DNA of 26,094 nucleotides from Atractiella rhizophila (Eukaryota): NCBI GenBank assembly GCA_021432655.1, contig MU271323.1, positions 66,851 to 92,944 of the forward strand, read 5' to 3'. Shown piece by piece: positions 19,937 to 26,094 of this stretch (position 1 is its first letter; each line of letters starts with the position of its first letter). The notes under the pieces were generated by a model. It saw only the letters and a program-made list of their open reading frames with translations, ran no database searches and was not told where the DNA came from. The position numbers and the translations under genes were made by a program.

Positions 19937-22603
19937 ATGGCCCTCCTCCTTCCTCTCCTCCTTCAACTGCCTCTTTCCTCGGCCCAAAAAGCTCTAGACG
20001 CCAAACCAAACGTCAACGGCTTTCTCATCGCTCCAGGAGGGTCCGTCGTTTCCGCCCAACAGCTCTTTCTGGGCAACGAAGAGGTGGTCTACATCCTCGA
20101 CAAAGTGGAGGGGAACCCGACGCAGGTGAATGGACACCCCGCTTGGGCTGCAAGTTACGATCTGAACGCGATGGTCGGAACACCCATGGATATCACTACC
20201 AATACGTTCTGCGCAGGTGGCAACGTTTTGGGTGACGGGACTTGGATCAACGTCGGAGGTTTGTGCTGCCCTTTCCGTTCCCTTCCACCTCAATAGTAAG
20301 GCTGATGTGTCGATAAGGGAACAAGGCTGTTGGTTATGGTGGACTTGACGCCGACGAGTTCATCGATCCGTATCATGATGGCAATGGAGGGCTCGCTATC
20401 CGTTTACTTCACCCTTGTACCGATGGTGAGATCTCCCTGTTCCATACGCGCCACCATCGCTGCATTGAAAGGAAAGCTAACTAATGTGATATGATTTGGG
20501 TGAAGGTTCCTGCACTTGGATTGATGACACAGCTAATTACATGAAGGTTCAAAGGTGGTACCCTACCGTTGAAACACTTGAAGATGGAAGAGCAATCATC
20601 ATCGGTGGAGATGTAAGATTCTACTCTGATTGATGCATGGTTAACTATGGATGTAGCATAATGGAGGATACGTCAACGATGCCCGTGAGCACAAACGATT
20701 TCATCGTCAACAGGACGGCATTAATAATGCGTATGTGCAGAGCAAAACGAACCCACTATCGAATACTTCCCCAAATTCAACGTAATGCCTTTGTCAGTTC
20801 ACTAGCGCTTTTTAAAAATGATGCTACAGCCGGATGACGCACCGATCGACCTCAATATTCTTGCCATCTCCTTACCTGCCAACCTCTTCTCCCTAACCTG
20901 GCTGATGCCTTCGGGTCAGTTTCTCCTTGCACCTAAATCCATCTGAGGCATATACACTCATCTCAATGTTATGGTGGTCGATATACAGGCAATCTCTTCA
21001 TCCAAACCAATTGGTTGACTGAGATGTATGACTATAAGAACAAGGTCGAGCATACCTATCCCAATGTTCCACACTGTTTGTACCCACTGCCCAACGTCCG
21101 ACCAGTAAACATAACTGTGGCCTAGCCGTCCGAACCTATCCCGGAAGCGCTATGACAGCTATGCTGCCTCTGACACCAGCAAATGGATGGACCGGGACGA
21201 TCTTGTTTTGCGGAGGGACGAACTTGCAGCCTGACCAATGGACAGTCAATTGGAACATTGCCGCTTACCCCACTGATGACACTTGCGTTAAGATTTCACC
21301 TGATGTGAGTGAGCAGTGGGAGGATGACGATTCGTTACCTGAAGGACGCATCATGGGAAACGGTGAGTCCCTTCTACCTTTGTTCATTTATGAGAGTCGA
21401 CGGCGGAGCTAAATTACTACGGCTTCTTTTTCAGGCATATTGTTGCCTGATGGTAGACTGTTCATGCTCAACGGGATCGCGAAAGGGACTGCAGGGTCCG
21501 TTTTTCCTTTCACTAAAAATCACATACGGGAAGCACTCAAGGATGGACCAAGGTACGGCAACACCTCATGGGCAATAGGACAAGCGTATGGCACCGATCC
21601 CATTTATTCGCCTGCGATGTATAACTACAAAGCGCCGGCTGGGTCCAAATGGTCCCGCGAGGGATTGCAGGATTCAACGGTTCCCAGACTCTACCATTCG
21701 AGTGCGACTCTCCTCGCCGATGGGAGCGTGTTTTCCAGCGGCAGTAATCCTAACGCTGACTATATCGCTCCAAACACACCAGGCTACCCAGTCCGTCTGC
21801 TGAAAACTTTGAAACTGAAACTAATGAAGGGCAGTGGGTAACGGAATACAGAGTGGAGAAATTTTATCCCGATTATTACAACAGTGCGTTGGTTCAGCGC
21901 CTTTCTATGTTCGCCGACGTTATTGGTGCGATAGAGAGAAGACCTGTACCTCAAGGCATCCCTGCGTCGATTGGATACGGTGGGGCATACTTCGAAATTA
22001 CTTTAACGAATGGTACGCCCTGCCACTTGCTATTATGCATGCTCTATAGATGCTGTAACCCGCAGACGACATTGGCGATGAGAAAAATCTCGAAAACACC
22101 AAATTCGTGCTCATCCGTACAGGATTTTCGACGCATGCAATGAACATGGGTCTGTCAATGCCTAAACCATGTGAAGAGAATCTCAATTTGTTGCAGGTCA
22201 ACGCTATGTCCAGCTCAACAACACGTACACCAAAACCGACTCTGGCGCTACACTTTCAGTTTCTCCCCTTCCTCCAAATCCAGCAATCCTGGTGCCTGGC
22301 CCCTGTCTTGCTTTCGTCGTTGTCAATGGAGTTCCGTCCCAAGGGAAAATGATCATGATCGGCAATGGACAAATTGGGAAACAGCCAACTGCTGAAGTCG
22401 CGCCGCTGCCTGGAATTTGGCCGAGATCGAGTCGCACCGAGACTGTTGGTACCCTCAATGATCTCTCTGGAAGCAACTCCGGGGGAGGCAACGGAACCAG
22501 TGGGGGTGGAGGAAGTTCAGGAAATGATTCAGCTGGCACAAGGTCGAGTACAAAGTCATTATTGGCCGTTCTGGCTTGTGTAGCCGTTTGGGCGTTCGTT
22601 TAG
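19937..22603 (+). CDS. Copper radical oxidase / glyoxal oxidase (CAZy AA5_1), secreted, probable GPI anchor; multi-exon
   Basis: Signal MALLLPLLLQLPLSSA; NTFCAGG (Cys), RWYPT, RTYPGS (Tyr), RLYHSSATLLADGSV..SGSNP (Tyr-His) and GFSTHAMNMG (His). Gly/Ser linker and hydrophobic tail. Confidence 0.92.
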
Positions 22604-23036
22604 AGTGATTGGGACATTTAATGCCTTTATAGTGACGTGGTTCATGGACTAATTTGAAGAAATCAAATCAAAGTCGTTCTTTCCTCACTTGTAATATGAC
22701 AGTCAACGACTCTTGACCTTGTGGCGATGGCTCTGAGCAGCAAGATTAACTGAATAACTGAATTCGGTCGTTAGTGCTCACGTATCTCAAACCGAAACAT
22801 CACTCCGTAGCCGTGATAGATTGGTGTGAATGTCCAGGTGGAGCTTTTCATTCACCTAGTGATATTGAGAATTGACAAAGGAACGAAGTAAATGAGAGTG
22901 TAGAAAACTAAGCAAACCACAGACAAAGAATAATGTTAACGGTAATTTGTGAAAGACAGCTACAACACATAAATGATGCACGGATACTGAACTGAACACT
23001 GGAAGAAAAACGAAAGGCACCGTCTTGAAGGCAGAA

Positions 23037-26000
23037 CTACGGGCCTAAAGGCGGCCAAACGAGTCCACCATCTCGTCTCACGATGACCCTCTTCTTCATC
23101 TTGGACGCTCGCACTGGTTTTGGGTCCTGGAATATTTCCTGTTGCATTCCGCGCGGTTAAAATCCTCTCCTAGATCAGAGCTGTACTACTACGAACGCAC
23201 CTCAAGTTCCTCGAGCGTCCTGCCTGACGTTTCGATTGCAACTACGACATTCGTCATTAGCAAGTTTCGGACAGATAGCGAAGGACCAACAGAAATACCA
23301 AATCACCGTTTCACAGATATCCCAGGCCCTTCATTCGGGTGGGTGTCAGAAACATTCGCAGAAGAAGACTGTCGGACATACACAAATACATCTGGTGACG
23401 GCATTCAATCAGCCAGTAATCTAGTCAGAAGGGAAGGGACTTGCAGATATATCGGTACCTAACAAAGCGTGAGCATGAAACATTGATCGGGATAGAGAAT
23501 GACATACCCTATTCGCTCAAATGCGATTGGAGTGACGTACAGGTTAAGCCAGTTGCTTGCGTTCACAATCTGAGTCGGAGAGTGCTGTTTAAGCTCATAT
23601 GTTGTGGGCATATGGACAAACTCACAAAAGCGTATCTGCCCCGTTAACCCACAGTTTAAATCGATGAAAGAAGAACAAAGGGAATCCGTACAGTGCCATG
23701 CCCTTCGCTCTGCTCGATGTCTGTAAACTCTCAACAGGATACAGCGCTTGCAGCGGCGTATACTGTAGACACGAACGGAGGTCAGACACTTGAACACTTG
23801 GCGGCGAATGACTTGCCGTGAAAGAATAACAAATCATAAAGAAGAAATATCCCGCAACCGCTGCTCTACCGATGCGCAAATCCTTTTGATCAGCTGGTGC
23901 ATTGTCCCAGACGGCCGTCAGGCCTGAATTGAGTGCCAGCATGCAAGCCGATACAAAGGTGCCACAGATTAAAACACCTCTCCTTGTCAGACGATCGGCG
24001 AGGGCTCTGGATCGAGGTTAGTCGGAGGAAAGGAAAGAGAAGTGTGACGCACACAGCAGTCAGCGCTGCTATTGCTGATACTACTGCAACAAGGAGATTG
24101 AGGACAAGCTGGAGTGTGTGGCTCTATCATAGACAGTCAGCAGAGTAGTGACAAAGAAAGGACATACATATCCTAGAGCCTCGAAAATAACGGGATTGAC
24201 TAAAGATGGTATTAGCTCCATTCTGTTCACAACATTATTGAGACTTACAGTAACCTAAACCTGAACCAGACAACTGCCCAAATACAGCCTGATGTACACT
24301 TGAGCAATGCAAACAAGGGAAAGAAAAGAATCGCACCATGAGTACGACCATTGCAGATCTCCACCGCTGCGCCGATGTCGAAATCAATTCTCGGTAATCC
24401 CACCACCTATACAAAAGGTTAGCTCTGGGTATTAATTCCCAAAAATTGCAGTTACCGTTTATCTGACGCGTTGAACATGATGTGAGCTTGAAACTCCTCG
24501 ATCTGAAGCAACACGATAGGATGCTCAGCATCTCCATGCCCGTGGAAGCGCGTCAGGAAGGCTCTCGCTTCATCGATTCGACCTTGCATGTAAAGCCAAC
24601 GTGGACTTTCGGGCATGAACAATGTGAGAGCAATTACTGCTCCCGCCGGCACGCATTGACCTAGGAGAGGCAGCTTCCATGATAAGTTGCTCTTGATGAA
24701 CCCAGTGCCGAGTGTAACCGCGCCAGCTGGAATGCTGCCAGGCGGGGATGAGCACTCTAGCAATCGGTAGGAGTGAGCTCACCTTCCCCCAAACCACCCA
24801 ACGTTGTAGATACTGGTCATGCGTCCTCTCCCTGCGAATTGTTTGTTGACTTTTAGAGGTGCACGTGACTAAGTAAAACGGCAAGCGTACATTGTGGTGG
24901 AGCAATTTCAACACTAAATGATCTCTTCAGCAATTAGATCCATCGATCGGATAAAAGCTCACCAGTAAGAAGGCGCTGCGGTGGTGATGATGCAGATACC
25001 TAACGGAAGTGGTCAACAACTTGAAACAATTGACAGCAGCTAATTCAATTGCTCACCGAGACCTTATATGTAGCCGTTTAGGTCAGATTTACTTCTGAAG
25101 GTTTAAAAAACGTACCCAGAACGAATCTCGCAGCCAGAAATTGCCCTCTTGCGTTGGAAGTAGCAGCCACTGGGTCATTCTCAGTCTGGCTTCATAGTGC
25201 AATCGGTGGACGCGTACAAACAGAACCTCCGACTATGGATTGCTCAGCGCAATCAGTGCAAGTTGGATTAAAACTTACTAATGATGCAAGCTCCTACAAG
25301 CATCCCTACTCGTCGGCCAAAACGGTCGGCAATGGGACCTGCGAACCATGCTCCGGCCACTGTCAAAAGTGTGGGTACTTTTCTGGTGAAGCAATATGAA
25401 AGCACGCACACTGTCCTAATGTATAGACTGAGAAAAGTAAGCCGGTAGCAGATCCTTTGTTCCCTTGGTTGATCTGTTTTTGAAAGGTAGGATAAGAATT
25501 GATAGCTCCCTGTCCAATTGTGCTGGATTTAGCTTTACCCGCTGCTTCGTCATGTGAAACCGCACCATCAAGGACCTGATTAGAGCATGAGTAACTTCTC
25601 CTGTCAGCGAATATTACAAGTTACTTGCCCGTCATAGCTAAACATTGAACCGAATGTTGAGTATGGCAAAATGCGGAAGGTTAAGTGCTAACCCGTTGGC
25701 ACAAGAGCCTGTTCACGGATTAATTCTATCTCTATTGAGGAAGGAAACGATATTGATACTGACAAAGAAAAGCAGTAAAGCAGGCAGTGAACAGGACGTA
25801 TGAATTCCAGTTCCAAGCACTCAGTGCCTTTCCCCTTGCGAGCGCATCTGCAAGAGCCTCTATTCTCGCCCAGGGACAATCAGCTTCGGTGAGGATCAGG
25901 TAGAACGAAGGAAAGGAAAGCATACCATTTCGCACCTCAATGATCTCTGGTATCGACTCAAGTGTATTCCTCCACCTCCTCCTGACTCCGACACCAAGCT

Positions 26001-26094
26001 CCTGACTGGAACGTTGACTACCACCAGACCTAGTCGTCACTTGCGACAAAACGTCGCAATCCGAGTTCGAATGTCCAACATCGCTCGCACTCTC
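23037..26094 (-). CDS. MFS sugar porter (lactose permease/cellodextrin transporter-like), 5' end beyond window
   Basis: Spliced ANGYDGSLMGAIN, SWKLPL, MPESPRWL, FGQLSG, YTPLQALYPVE..SRAKGMA and ETSGRTLEELEEIF. The frame is open to position 26094. Confidence 0.9.

Overview
Intron-rich fungal (probably basidiomycete) genomic DNA. (1) 1-5314: a DNA transposon resembling the IS3EU group. It has a spliced IS3/IS481-like DDE transposase (+) and a convergent gene with an RTC4-like domain (-). Both ends carry AGGGTCTAC boxes every ~20 bp, and the right end is CCATA. Its left part is mirrored by an apparently perfect 705-bp inverted copy, and the spacer holds three 18-bp repeats. (2) 5.8-9.0 kb: an MP88-like GPI mannoprotein and a 6PGD/HIBADH-family dehydrogenase. 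(3) 9.4-18.5 kb: a ~4.4-kb tandemly duplicated head-to-head gene pair, with a kinase-like gene (-) and a PD-(D/E)XK nuclease-like gene (+), plus a third nuclease remnant. The kinase N-terminal half looks like a catalytically dead paralogue of its partner nuclease (shared motifs and intron phases 2,1,0). In copy 1 the nuclease is frameshifted while the kinase is intact, suggesting a toxin-antidote or meiotic-drive-like module. (4) 19.9-26.1 kb: an AA5 glyoxal oxidase and a sugar-porter MFS transporter that runs off the window end. All calls come from manual reading and motif recognition; no searches were run.
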